Shown: positions 20,591 to 29,316 of the stretch, one piece after another
Layout: each line of letters begins with the position of its first letter
Numbering within the stretch: the stretch's first letter is position 1
DNA from: an uncultured cyanobacterium
Lineage (GTDB): Bacteria; Cyanobacteriota; Cyanobacteriia; Cyanobacteriales; Nostocaceae
Direction: 5' to 3'
NCBI GenBank assembly: GCA_963706595.1
Contig: OY970166.1
Location: 1,664,001 to 1,728,000 of the forward strand
DNA length: 64,000 nucleotides
Made by a program: the position numbers and the translations under genes
Notes under the pieces: generated by a model
Database searches by the model: none
The model's input: only the letters and a program-made list of their open reading frames with translations
What the model was told of the DNA's origin: nothing

Positions 20591-20627
20591 ACATTCCACC
20601 TGCTAACTATAGAGTGAACGTGAATTT

Positions 20628-21077
20628 ATGGATGTCTCCAACCCTAACTTGCTGCTGAAGCGCGTTGTTAATGTCAAAGTCATAGTTACTCCCCTGTGGA
20701 AAGAGGAAGTACAACAGCAACTGCAAGCACAAATCAATCAAAATGACCAGCAACTGCAACAGCTCGATGTCGAAGGACAAAGAGCAATTGCAGCCATTCA
20801 AAAGCAGAGTCTACAACCACCAGGACCTCAAACCCTCCAACAAATTGACGGTATCCAAGGCCAAGTCAATCAAAAGAAAACTGAACTGCTAGAGCAAAAA
20901 AATCAATTGCTGCAAAATCTCCAGCAAGTACAGTTTCTAGAATTGGATCAAGAAGTCAATCAATTTCAAATGGAAGGCTTTTTCCGGGTCGAAAAAGGTG
21001 ATAACTTGATTAGTAAAATGCAGGTAGAAATCCTGTTGCGCGATGGCGTTGTCGAAGATATTCGCGGCGACGTTTAA
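20628..21077 (+). CDS. YlqD family protein
   Basis: LKRVVNVKVIVTP, Gln-rich coiled coil, EILLRDGVV; typical position after aas. Confidence 0.85.
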   Translation: MDVSNPNLLLKRVVNVKVIVTPLWKEEVQQQLQAQINQNDQQLQQLDVEGQRAIAAIQKQSLQPPGPQTLQQIDGIQGQVNQKKTELLEQKNQLLQNLQQVQFLELDQEVNQFQMEGFFRVEKGDNLISKMQVEILLRDGVVEDIRGDV

Positions 21078-21310
21078 CAGTTATCAGTTATCAGTTATCA
21101 GTTATCAGTCAAGAGACATAATTGGGTTTAAGTCCTCTACCTCATGTCTTGTTCACTGATAAATGTTCACTGTATTAGTGGTAGGCGTTGGTGGCGGGTC
21201 TAAATCTCCCACCATCCGCCTTGATCACTGATAACTGTTCACTGTTGACTGATTGAAATCTCCCACCATCCGCCTTGATCACTGATAACTGCTCACTGTT
21301 CACTGATTGA
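21078..21310. repeat. (TTATCAG)n heptamers and a duplicated unit AAATCTCCCACCATCCGCCTTGATCACTGATAACTG
   Basis: Directly visible; two copies at about 21202 and 21256. Confidence 0.8.
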
Positions 21311-21387
21311 CAACTCCTCAGCCAAGATACAATTTAATTTAGCAAAAGCTGTTAAAGTCCATAAACCATTGAATCTGATACCACTTT

Positions 21388-22665
21388 ATGAGCATTCACG
21401 AAGTATTTATGCCGGCGCTGAGTTCCACCATGACCGAAGGAAAAATCGTTTCCTGGGTGAAATCGCCGGGCGATAAAGTGGAAAAAGGCGAAACCGTGGT
21501 GGTGGTGGAGTCAGATAAGGCAGATATGGATGTGGAAACCTTCTATGAAGGATATCTTGCCCATATCATAGTCCAAGCTGGTGATAGCGCACCTGTAGGA
21601 TCGGCGATCGCCTACGTAGTCGAAACAGAAGCCGAAATCGCCACCGCCAAGAATTTGGCTAACTCCGGGTCAGCTGCAACCACCCCAACCTCCACCCCCG
21701 AACCAGTTGCAGCCACAGCCTCAGTGGGAACACCTGCCTTGGCTACTCAAAACGGAAACAACCACCGAGAAGGAAGAGTTGTAGTTTCACCCCGCGCCCG
21801 CAAATTGGCTAAAGAACTCAAAGTTGATTTAACTACCCTCCAAGGTAGTGGCCCCTATGGTCGCATCGTCGCCGAAGATGTCGAATCATCTGTGAATAAA
21901 AGCCAGCCCGCCGCCGCCGCACCAAAACCCACCTACACCCCAGCACCTGCACCCGCACCTGCACCCGCACCCGCACCCGTACCAGTGGTTCCTGGTCAAA
22001 CAGTGCCTCTAACTACCTTCCAAAATGCTGTAGTGCGGAACATGGTAGCTAGTCTATCTGTGCCAGAGTTCCGTGTAAGTTACACAATTAGCACCGATGG
22101 CTTAGATAAACTTTACAAACAAATTAAATCCAAAGGCGTAACCATGACAGCGCTATTGGCCAAAGCCGTAGCGGTGACATTACAAAAACATCCATTATTA
22201 AATGCCAGCTATTCAGACCAGGGAATTGTTTATCATTCTGGTATCAATATTGCCGTAGCCGTAGCAATGGATGATGGCGGATTAATCACACCAGTGTTGC
22301 AAAAAGCAGACTTGGTAGATATTTATTCACTTTCCCGCACCTGGAAATCTTTGGTAGAGAAAGCTAAAGCCAAACAACTACAACCCGAAGAATACAACAG
22401 TGGGACATTTACCCTGTCTAACTTGGGAATGTTTGGCGTAGACACATTTGATGCCATATTACCCCCCGGTCAAGGCTCAATTTTAGCCATTGGTGCATCC
22501 CGTCCCCAAGTGGTAGCCACAGGCGACGGTTTATTTGGAGTCCGTCAACAAATGCAAGTCAACATCACTTGTGACCACCGAATTATTTACGGTGCTGACG
22601 CTGCGGCCTTCCTCAAAGACCTAGCACAACTGATTTCAAGCAACCCTCAATCCCTAACCATGTAG
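21388..22665 (+). CDS. pdhC: Pyruvate dehydrogenase E2 (dihydrolipoamide acetyltransferase)
   Basis: Lipoyl motif VESDKADM, E3-binding SPRARKLA, PA-rich linker, catalytic DHRIIYGA. Confidence 0.97.
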   Translation: MSIHEVFMPALSSTMTEGKIVSWVKSPGDKVEKGETVVVVESDKADMDVETFYEGYLAHIIVQAGDSAPVGSAIAYVVETEAEIATAKNLANSGSAATTPTSTPEPVAATASVGTPALATQNGNNHREGRVVVSPRARKLAKELKVDLTTLQGSGPYGRIVAEDVESSVNKSQPAAAAPKPTYTPAPAPAPAPAPAPVPVVPGQTVPLTTFQNAVVRNMVASLSVPEFRVSYTISTDGLDKLYKQIKSKGVTMTALLAKAVAVTLQKHPLLNASYSDQGIVYHSGINIAVAVAMDDGGLITPVLQKADLVDIYSLSRTWKSLVEKAKAKQLQPEEYNSGTFTLSNLGMFGVDTFDAILPPGQGSILAIGASRPQVVATGDGLFGVRQQMQVNITCDHRIIYGADAAAFLKDLAQLISSNPQSLTM

Positions 22666-22764
22666 AGACGTTCCCAAAAATGTAGAGACGTGACATATCA
22701 CGTCTCTACAAAGGTTATATATTTCTCAGCGTACCTTTGCGCTAACCTCCGCGCACCTCTGCGT

Positions 22765-23946
22765 TTAACCCTTCACACAAACAACCTGTTTCAAAGTAGC
22801 GACAACCTCCACCAAATCAGCTTGATTAGCCATCACCTGATCTATGGATTTATAAGCCCCAGGAATTTCATCCAAAACGCCAGTATCCTTGCGGCATTCT
22901 ACACCCTTTGTTTGCTCAATCAAATCATCAAGCGTATAGGTATTTTTGGCCTTACTTCTAGACATTAACCGCCCTGCCCCATGAGCGCAAGAACAAAAAC
23001 TGTGAGCATTACCTTTACCCTTAATAATAAAAGATTTTGCTCCCATTGAACCAGGGATAATACCATAATCTTCAGTTTGGGCGCGAACTGCACCCTTGCG
23101 AGTCACATATACATCCTCGTCAAAATGCACCTCTTTTTCAGCGTAATTGTGATGACAATTCACCTGTAATAAAGGTTTGGTCGCCTTTCCGCCGGCTAGA
23201 TACTTCTCAATAATGTGCTTAAAACGCGCCATCATCACATCACGGTTAAAACGTGCGTAGTCTTGCGCCCACTGTAAATCGTGCCAGTATGCTTGAAATT
23301 CTGGCGTACCAGCGATGAAGTAGGATAAATCAGGGTCAGGTAATTTATTCCCCGCCATTTTCATTAATTCTTTGGCTGTACTAATATGGCACTGTGCTAG
23401 CTGATTTCCAATGTTACGTGAACCAGAATGCAACATTAACCAAACTTGGTTTTCTGTATCGAGGCAAACTTCGATAAAATGATTACCTCCCCCCAGAGAA
23501 CCCATTTGTTTCATCGCTTTGCTTTCCAGGTCTTGTACACCTGGATGTAAGTCGGAGAAATCACGCCACCGTTGCCAATTAGCCGCAGATTTTTCTACAT
23601 CTTTATTAGCATTAAACCCTGTAGGAATTGCTGCTTCAATATCTAAGCGAATTTTCTTGAGTTTGCCTTCGAGTTGATCAGCAGTAAATGGCATTTTAAT
23701 AGCGCTCATCCCGCAACCCAGGTCCACGCCCACAGCCGCCGGAATAATTGCTTCTTTGGTGGCGATAACAGAACCTACTAAAGCACCTTTTCCTAAGTGA
23801 ACATCTGGCATCAAAGCTACGTGCTTAAACACAAATGGTAGGGATGCCACATTTTTTGCCATCTTGGTTTCATCAGACCCTAAAGGATGATTTGCCCAAG
23901 ATAAAACAGGGGATGGTGTAGTAATTTCTAATTTTTCGTAAGGCAT
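22765..23946 (-). CDS. rtcB: RtcB-family RNA ligase
   Basis: MPDVHLG, VGVDLGCG, GGGNHF, HSGSR, CHHNY, IPGSMG, HGAGR, DEIPGAYK. Confidence 0.93.
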   Translation of the reverse strand: MPYEKLEITTPSPVLSWANHPLGSDETKMAKNVASLPFVFKHVALMPDVHLGKGALVGSVIATKEAIIPAAVGVDLGCGMSAIKMPFTADQLEGKLKKIRLDIEAAIPTGFNANKDVEKSAANWQRWRDFSDLHPGVQDLESKAMKQMGSLGGGNHFIEVCLDTENQVWLMLHSGSRNIGNQLAQCHISTAKELMKMAGNKLPDPDLSYFIAGTPEFQAYWHDLQWAQDYARFNRDVMMARFKHIIEKYLAGGKATKPLLQVNCHHNYAEKEVHFDEDVYVTRKGAVRAQTEDYGIIPGSMGAKSFIIKGKGNAHSFCSCAHGAGRLMSRSKAKNTYTLDDLIEQTKGVECRKDTGVLDEIPGAYKSIDQVMANQADLVEVVATLKQVVCVKG

Positions 23947-24031
23947 AATTTTATTTAATTTGATATATCGCTGGGTTCAGAATCCCCGACTTCTTTGAGA
24001 AGTCGGGGATTCTATACTTTGAAATAACTTA

Positions 24032-24069
24032 TGTATTATTAATGTAATACAATGTAATTTAGATGTCAA
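24032..24069 (-). promoter_or_regulatory. Sigma70-type promoter of rtcB with overlapping palindrome
   Basis: Minus-strand TTGACA-17 bp-TACATT; TGTATTA-N6-TAATACA at 24032-24051. Confidence 0.55.
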
Positions 24070-24164
24070 TAAAATCGCCTAAAAAACAAAAGCAGCACGT
24101 CTCAGCCAAAGTTAGTTAAAATTTGTGAAGAATTAAACTAACCCATCAAATCTGGTTAAATCCT

Positions 24165-25082
24165 ATGGCTACGCGTCAAGATACCATCTGGGAAAAATTT
24201 CTCTCCCCTGTAGTGCGGACGTTTATTGATGAAGAGGCTTTGCGCCGTTACTCTGATAGTATTGACTGGGAGCAAGAGAGCGATCGCCTGCGACAAACGG
24301 ATGTGATAATGCCCTCATACTACAGCCAGCAAAACTTTCATGGCATTGAAGGCGGATATCTCAACTCCAGTGCAGCAGTTTCCTATGATCCTATTACTCA
24401 ATACGTTTTACCACCCAACGAAACCGTAGTTCGTCAAGCCTTAATCGATGGGATTAAAGTCAAACCGCGACGGATACTGGATTTAGGCTGCGGTACAGGT
24501 TCCACAACCTTGAAGTTAAAACAGGCTTTTCCTCAAGCTGAAGTTATCGGTTTAGATTTATCTCCTTATATGCTGGTGAGGGCAGAAGATAAAGCCAGAA
24601 ATGCCGGGTTAGAGATACACTGGCGACATGGTAATGCGGAAACTACCAATTTTCCAGAGGCGCATTTTGATTTAGTAACAGCATCCTTGTTATTTCATGA
24701 AACACCAAGTCTAGTCTGTCAAGCCATACTGCGGGAAAGCTTCCGGTTGTTGGTAACTGGTGGGCAAGTATTAATCCTCGATGGTAATCAGAATACCTTA
24801 CGTCAGTTACATTGGCTGAATGATGTTTTTGAAGAGCCATATATTCGTGAGTATGCGGCTGATAATTTAGACGCACGCATGGGCGCTGCTGGGTTTGAAG
24901 CGGTGCGAACTCAGGATGTGTGGTGGATAAATCAGGTAACAAGCGGGATTAAACCGATTTCTGTCACAGATGCAAATATGCAAAATCAAACCCGTCAGCA
25001 CATATCCACACCAACAGACACCACAATGGATAATAATGATTTGCAGGACTTTGGATCTCCAGTGTTTGGCATAACAACATGA
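24165..25082 (+). CDS. Class I SAM-dependent methyltransferase
   Basis: ILDLGCGTG, GLDLSP, FDLVTASLLFHE. Confidence 0.9.
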   Translation: MATRQDTIWEKFLSPVVRTFIDEEALRRYSDSIDWEQESDRLRQTDVIMPSYYSQQNFHGIEGGYLNSSAAVSYDPITQYVLPPNETVVRQALIDGIKVKPRRILDLGCGTGSTTLKLKQAFPQAEVIGLDLSPYMLVRAEDKARNAGLEIHWRHGNAETTNFPEAHFDLVTASLLFHETPSLVCQAILRESFRLLVTGGQVLILDGNQNTLRQLHWLNDVFEEPYIREYAADNLDARMGAAGFEAVRTQDVWWINQVTSGIKPISVTDANMQNQTRQHISTPTDTTMDNNDLQDFGSPVFGITT

Positions 25083-25831
25083 GTTTAAAGGCAGTTTTAT
25101 TTGATTTTAATGGTGTGATTATTAACGATGAGCGCATCCATTTACAATTAATAGACGAGATTCTGATTTCAGAAAATCTGCAACCTCAAAAGGTGAGTGA
25201 GCGTCAGGCTTCTCTGGGACGTAGCGATCGCGCTTGTTTGCAAGAGTTGCTCAAAAATCGTGGTAGAGTGGACAATGAAGAATATGTGACTAAACTACTG
25301 CACCGCAAAGCTCAAGCTTATGTGCAGCAACTAGATAAAATTGCAAAACTGCCATTGTATCCAGGTGTAGAAGACTTAATATATCAGGTGCGATCGCGCA
25401 ATGTGTCCCCAGATGATCCGCGTAGTCTAAAACTAGGGTTAGTGAGTGGCGCGATTCGCCCAGAAATAAAACTGGTACTGGAACGCGCTAAACTGGCAGA
25501 ATATTTTGCAGTCATTGTTGCGGGGGATGACATTGCTACCAGTAAACCTCAACCCGATGGTTATCTACTGGCTGTAGAACGTCTCAACCAAGAATATCCT
25601 GATTTGGATTTAAAACCCCAAGAATGTCTAGCCATTGAAGATACTCCAGCCGGGATTGCCGCAGCGAGACAAGCGCAAATGCAGGTAGTTGGTGTAGCTA
25701 ATACCTACCCATTTCATATGCTTCAGCGCTGCTGTAACTGGACTGTGGATTATCTCAATGAGTTAGAATTAGAACGAGTACAGGAAGTTTATTCACAAAA
25801 AGATGTGAAAATTACTGCGCCTGAGTGTTAA
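25079..25831 (+). CDS. HAD-family phosphatase
   Basis: LFDFNGV, SKPQPDGY, IEDTPAGI; overlaps the upstream stop (ATGA). Confidence 0.9.
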   Translation: MSLKAVLFDFNGVIINDERIHLQLIDEILISENLQPQKVSERQASLGRSDRACLQELLKNRGRVDNEEYVTKLLHRKAQAYVQQLDKIAKLPLYPGVEDLIYQVRSRNVSPDDPRSLKLGLVSGAIRPEIKLVLERAKLAEYFAVIVAGDDIATSKPQPDGYLLAVERLNQEYPDLDLKPQECLAIEDTPAGIAAARQAQMQVVGVANTYPFHMLQRCCNWTVDYLNELELERVQEVYSQKDVKITAPEC

Positions 25832-25873
25832 TATATGATATGTCTGTCAGAGTTATTGACTCTGCATTCATCC

Positions 25874-25946
25874 GGGGAATTAGCTCAGTTGGTAGAGTGC
25901 TGCGATCGCACCGCAGAGGTCAGGGGTTCGAGTCTCCTATTCTCCA
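25874..25946 (+). tRNA. trnA: tRNA-Ala(CGC)
   Basis: GGGGAAT/ATTCTCC acceptor stem with G3:U70, D arm, anticodon loop ATCGCAC, GGTTCGA T loop. Confidence 0.97.
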
Positions 25947-26019
25947 TTTGTTTTCATAGCTGGATACCCTTAAACTTGTCCTAGACTGTCCCAAGTGTGT
26001 CCTAACCTTAAGCCATTTA

Positions 26020-26181
26020 CTAGCTATGTGCAAGGGGTTCTGAAGTTATCCGAGTGACCACATATTCGTTAAAGCTAATCACTTTGCCTAGTAGCTGACA
26101 ATATTCCAGATGCTTCTGTTTAGCCAGTTCTAGGTCTTCAGGGCTTATCCTGACTGAGTATTGCTTAACCTTAGTCGTCAT
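26020..26181 (-). CDS. 53-aa ribbon-helix-helix-like protein (not in ORF track)
   Basis: Own translation MTTKVKQYSVRISPEDLELAKQKHLEYCQLLGKVISFNEYVVTRITSEPLAHS; alternating beta strand, helix, then SFNEYV helix. Confidence 0.55.
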   Translation of the reverse strand: MTTKVKQYSVRISPEDLELAKQKHLEYCQLLGKVISFNEYVVTRITSEPLAHS

Positions 26182-26495
26182 TGGATATGCTTGGCTGTCT
26201 GTACCTCTATAGTGTACCTCACTGTACCCTAGTATGCCTATCGTAGTCCTAAAGAATCTTTTGGTAGTCCAAAGCGTCAGTAGGGGTGGTTGGCAAGAAC
26301 ACCTGTCCCATCTGCTTTATCATTTCTCTATAAAAAGACAATAGCAGCCGGGACAGCCGGGGAAACCTTCAGGCGTACTAAGCAGCAAGTAACCCCCAGT
26401 TACCCTTGGTATCCCCAGATTGACTAAATCTTTATATAGCTATGTGGTTATAAAAAAACTTTTATCTCTGTGTGTTTTTTCGGTTGTAGTATTTG

Positions 26496-26524
26496 CCCGG
26501 TGGTTGGTTGCCACTGGGTTTTTT
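26496..26524 (+). terminator. Intrinsic terminator-like hairpin
   Basis: CCCGGTGG-loop-CCACTGGG followed by T6. Confidence 0.55.
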
Positions 26525-27169
26525 ATTGCCCTTGGGTGTACACCCAATGCAGCCCCCGTGTCTTACGGCTTTTATAGGACGACATCCTGAATGGCTGAAA
26601 TAGTTACCCAGGCTAGTTTGTACAAGCGTGAAGGGTGTAAAAAAAAGTCTGCTCGGTAGACATGGATGCGCGATTCAGTGCAGTTTATTTGTTAAAGGTG
26701 AACCTGAAAACGATGCTGAAAAAGGTTGTGAAAACCTAGCACAAATAAGTGTTGAAAAAGTAATATGAGGGGTCACAACCCCAAAACTATCTTGTTATAT
26801 TACTTAATATAAACATCTTTAAGCTATGTATTTTTTTATGCAGTTTTTAGGGTATATACAAGCTGGCATAAGGCTTTTAGTGAAAGTTGACATCATTGCC
26901 CTTTTTCATGATTTAGTGTAAAAGTATATACTAGCAAGAATAAACTTTAGTAACATTACGGTTTTGATATAGAAGAAGAATAGTTTACTATTACTAAATA
27001 ATAGGATAAAAGTATTTTCTTGACATTTAAATAAAAATCATATTAGGATGCTAATAACAAACCTCCGTTCTAGGTTGAACAGAGGTTTTTTGGCTGTCCT
27101 AAAAGCTGTCTGTTTTCCACGACCTACAACTTGAAGGGCTATTCATTTATAGAGGTTAAAAATAAACCG

Positions 27170-27430
27170 ATGTCGAACATCAGTTGGCTCCAGCTTATCA
27201 AAAAGTATGGAGCCTTTGCAACCGTAGCTGCACTAGTATTTTTTGCTTTTGAAGTAATCAATAGCGAGTGCGGCGGTGTGGTTCACGTTAAACTGTCTGA
27301 TTCTGTCAAAGAGGTTTTAATGGACAAGAGAAACTGCAAAGTCCCGACTGTTGCAGATACTCCAGGGAAACCATTAGCCCTTGATCACACCAACGATAGC
27401 ACAGAAAATGATCAGCCACAGGTTGACTAA
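27170..27430 (+). CDS. Small single-TM hypothetical protein
   Basis: ATG at 27170 after GAGG; hydrophobic AFATVAALVFFAF; terminator-like hairpin at 27477-27511. Confidence 0.6.
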   Translation: MSNISWLQLIKKYGAFATVAALVFFAFEVINSECGGVVHVKLSDSVKEVLMDKRNCKVPTVADTPGKPLALDHTNDSTENDQPQVD

Positions 27431-27606
27431 CTGTAGTCATAGGCAGTCCTCCTAGCTGCTGATTTAGCCAGAAGTAAATCCCCGGAGCCGTTGAGGTTCT
27501 AGGGGTTTTTTGTTGGAACCATCGGCGATAAAAACCCTCAGATGTGCTTAGTTGCCACTGGGGTTATACCATAACTATTAGTTATCAGCGTTAAATATCC
27601 TGTTTA

Positions 27607-28209
27607 TTATGAGCCTAAATTATTAATTAATTCTTCTAATGCTAAATTCTTTGTATCTTCAGGTAGATAATCAAAGACTTTCTTCAAAAGTTCTGGAGAA
27701 GCATTTTGAACAAACCAGTCTTCACTAGGATTATCTTGAATATTAAAAAAATACTTTAATCGTTTTTCTATAGCTTCTCTATCTGCTTTATCTAATTGTC
27801 CAATTCGATTTAACCAATTTTCTGATGAATCTTTAAAGCAATTAGCATCAACAGTACATATTTGATGAATTAAAGCATAAGAATTTTTATCAAGACTATT
27901 TCTACTTGTAGAGTTAATTGGATATGTGGTTGGTAAACCATTAAATGTTGTTTTTGAAGTCAGAGGAATCACAGAAAAAGTTGCTCTATATCCAAACTCA
28001 TCTTGAAATTGATCACTTGTCCAGATTATGTAAGGATGTTTTCCTCTAAAAACCCTGCTTGAATTAATATCTTCACTACAAGTTTGACATTCTACTTCAC
28101 CTGGCTCATCTAAATTATAAATATGAACATGACCCAGTTTACAACGAAGAGATACCCTATAGGGATTAATCCAATAAATCCAACCCTGTTTAGGTCTTTG
28201 TCCAGCCAC
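27607..28209 (-). CDS. PemK/MazF-like toxin with inserted Zn-ribbon-like segment
   Basis: PKQGWIYWI, KHPYII, VIPLTS, SYALIHQICTVD, RIGQLD...IEKRL; C-x2-GH...C-x2-C insert. Confidence 0.75.
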   Translation of the reverse strand: MAGQRPKQGWIYWINPYRVSLRCKLGHVHIYNLDEPGEVECQTCSEDINSSRVFRGKHPYIIWTSDQFQDEFGYRATFSVIPLTSKTTFNGLPTTYPINSTSRNSLDKNSYALIHQICTVDANCFKDSSENWLNRIGQLDKADREAIEKRLKYFFNIQDNPSEDWFVQNASPELLKKVFDYLPEDTKNLALEELINNLGS

Positions 28210-28210
28210 T

Positions 28211-28690
28211 TTACAACCCTAATTCACTAACTAATTTTTCTCTTTCTGCCTGTAAATTAAGTTTAACTTTTTCTTCTGGGCGATGGTTATTTTTTGCTTC
28301 TAGCATTGGAGCAGTGTTATATACATACTCTAATAACTGATTCAGTTTATCTGAACCAGCCCACTCTCTGCGAATATTATCCAGCACAAACTTAATACTG
28401 AGAGGTATGTCTAAATCATCTGCCTGAGCAGCTTGATTCACAGGTTTAATATATGTTGCATTATACTGAGATTCTTGAATAATCTCTTTCCCATTCATTT
28501 GATTTAAAGCAGCATCTATACTCTCATTCCAGGGTCCAAATTGATAATAACGCCAATCTAGATCAGTCAGTTGCTTTCCTGTCCACTTAACAGAGTAAAG
28601 ATCAGCTAAATACAAAAACTTAATCAGCTGTGTTTTTGTAATATACCCTTTTGTCGCGTAGACAAAATATTTTATGAGTTTATCCAACAT
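28211..28690 (-). CDS. Panacea (DUF4065/SocA-like) antitoxin
   Basis: KTQLIKFLYLAD...W.YYQFGPW motif; ends 1 bp before the toxin start. Confidence 0.75.
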   Translation of the reverse strand: MLDKLIKYFVYATKGYITKTQLIKFLYLADLYSVKWTGKQLTDLDWRYYQFGPWNESIDAALNQMNGKEIIQESQYNATYIKPVNQAAQADDLDIPLSIKFVLDNIRREWAGSDKLNQLLEYVYNTAPMLEAKNNHRPEEKVKLNLQAEREKLVSELGL

Positions 28691-28890
28691 AACCCTTCTC
28701 TCCTGTTTACCATAAGATGCTCTAAGTAATTTACTGTATAAATATAAATAATCATTCTTTGAAAAACCCTCAATAGAGTTTTTATCAGTTTAGATCGCTT
28801 AATTATAATTCTTTTTTATCCAATCCCTAACGCTTTTTGGACTATTTGCGCTGGCAAGTAGTTCTTATATACTAGAATAGCAATCTTATG

Positions 28891-29222
28891 CGTTACCTTC
28901 AACTGCCATTCAATCTTGTGACAAGGAGATTCAACATATAGCGGTTATCAATACAAGAACCCCACCCCCTCCCCGCAAGCGAGGAGGGGGCTATGATGTA
29001 CTTCATTGAAGTGCATACCGCTCCGCACACAACCGAATTGGTTCAAGGTTCATTCCCACCCCAGCAGGTCGTAACATTTATTGCAACGTATCAGCATCAA
29101 CTCCCACAACCTTAGCCAAAGCCTCCAACTGTTGGCGAGACGGTGGGGGATTAAATGAAACTTTTTCCATCTGGCGATCGCTCCGCCCGCCGTAGGCGAT
29201 CGCACCCCCAACCCCAGTAGCT
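28891..29222 (-). pseudogene. tniQ: tniQ fragment (type V-K CAST/Tn7-like), multiply disrupted
   Basis: Reassembled reading GVGGAIARWKKFH-NPPPSRQQLEALAKVVGVDADTLQ*MLRPAGVGMNLEPIRLCA-YVESPCHKIEWQLKVT, matching my recall of cyanobacterial CAST TniQ. Confidence 0.8.
28937..29022. mobile_element. MITE family A copy inserted in tniQ
   Basis: TATAGCGG...ACCGCT with the same GCAA hairpin core. Confidence 0.75.
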
Positions 29223-29316
29223 ATAATTGGCGAGAAATACTGTACCGACCAACAAAGAAAGCTAAAAGCATAGAAATTAGCGCAAAATAGATATGTAGAC
29301 TGTTGTTTGTTCAACC

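Noticed and set aside
26270..27575. Possible CRISPR repeat remnants (TAGGGGTGGTTGGCAAG; GTTGCCACTGGG twice) given the nearby tniQ
   Set aside because: No regular repeat-spacer periodicity. The GTTGCCACTGGG copies are about 1 kb apart and form terminator-like hairpins, and I could not recognise cas12k or a tracrRNA.
29078..29314. 78-aa ORF in the track
   Set aside because: Chimera of unrelated upstream sequence, a HIP1 insert and one frame of the tniQ relic.
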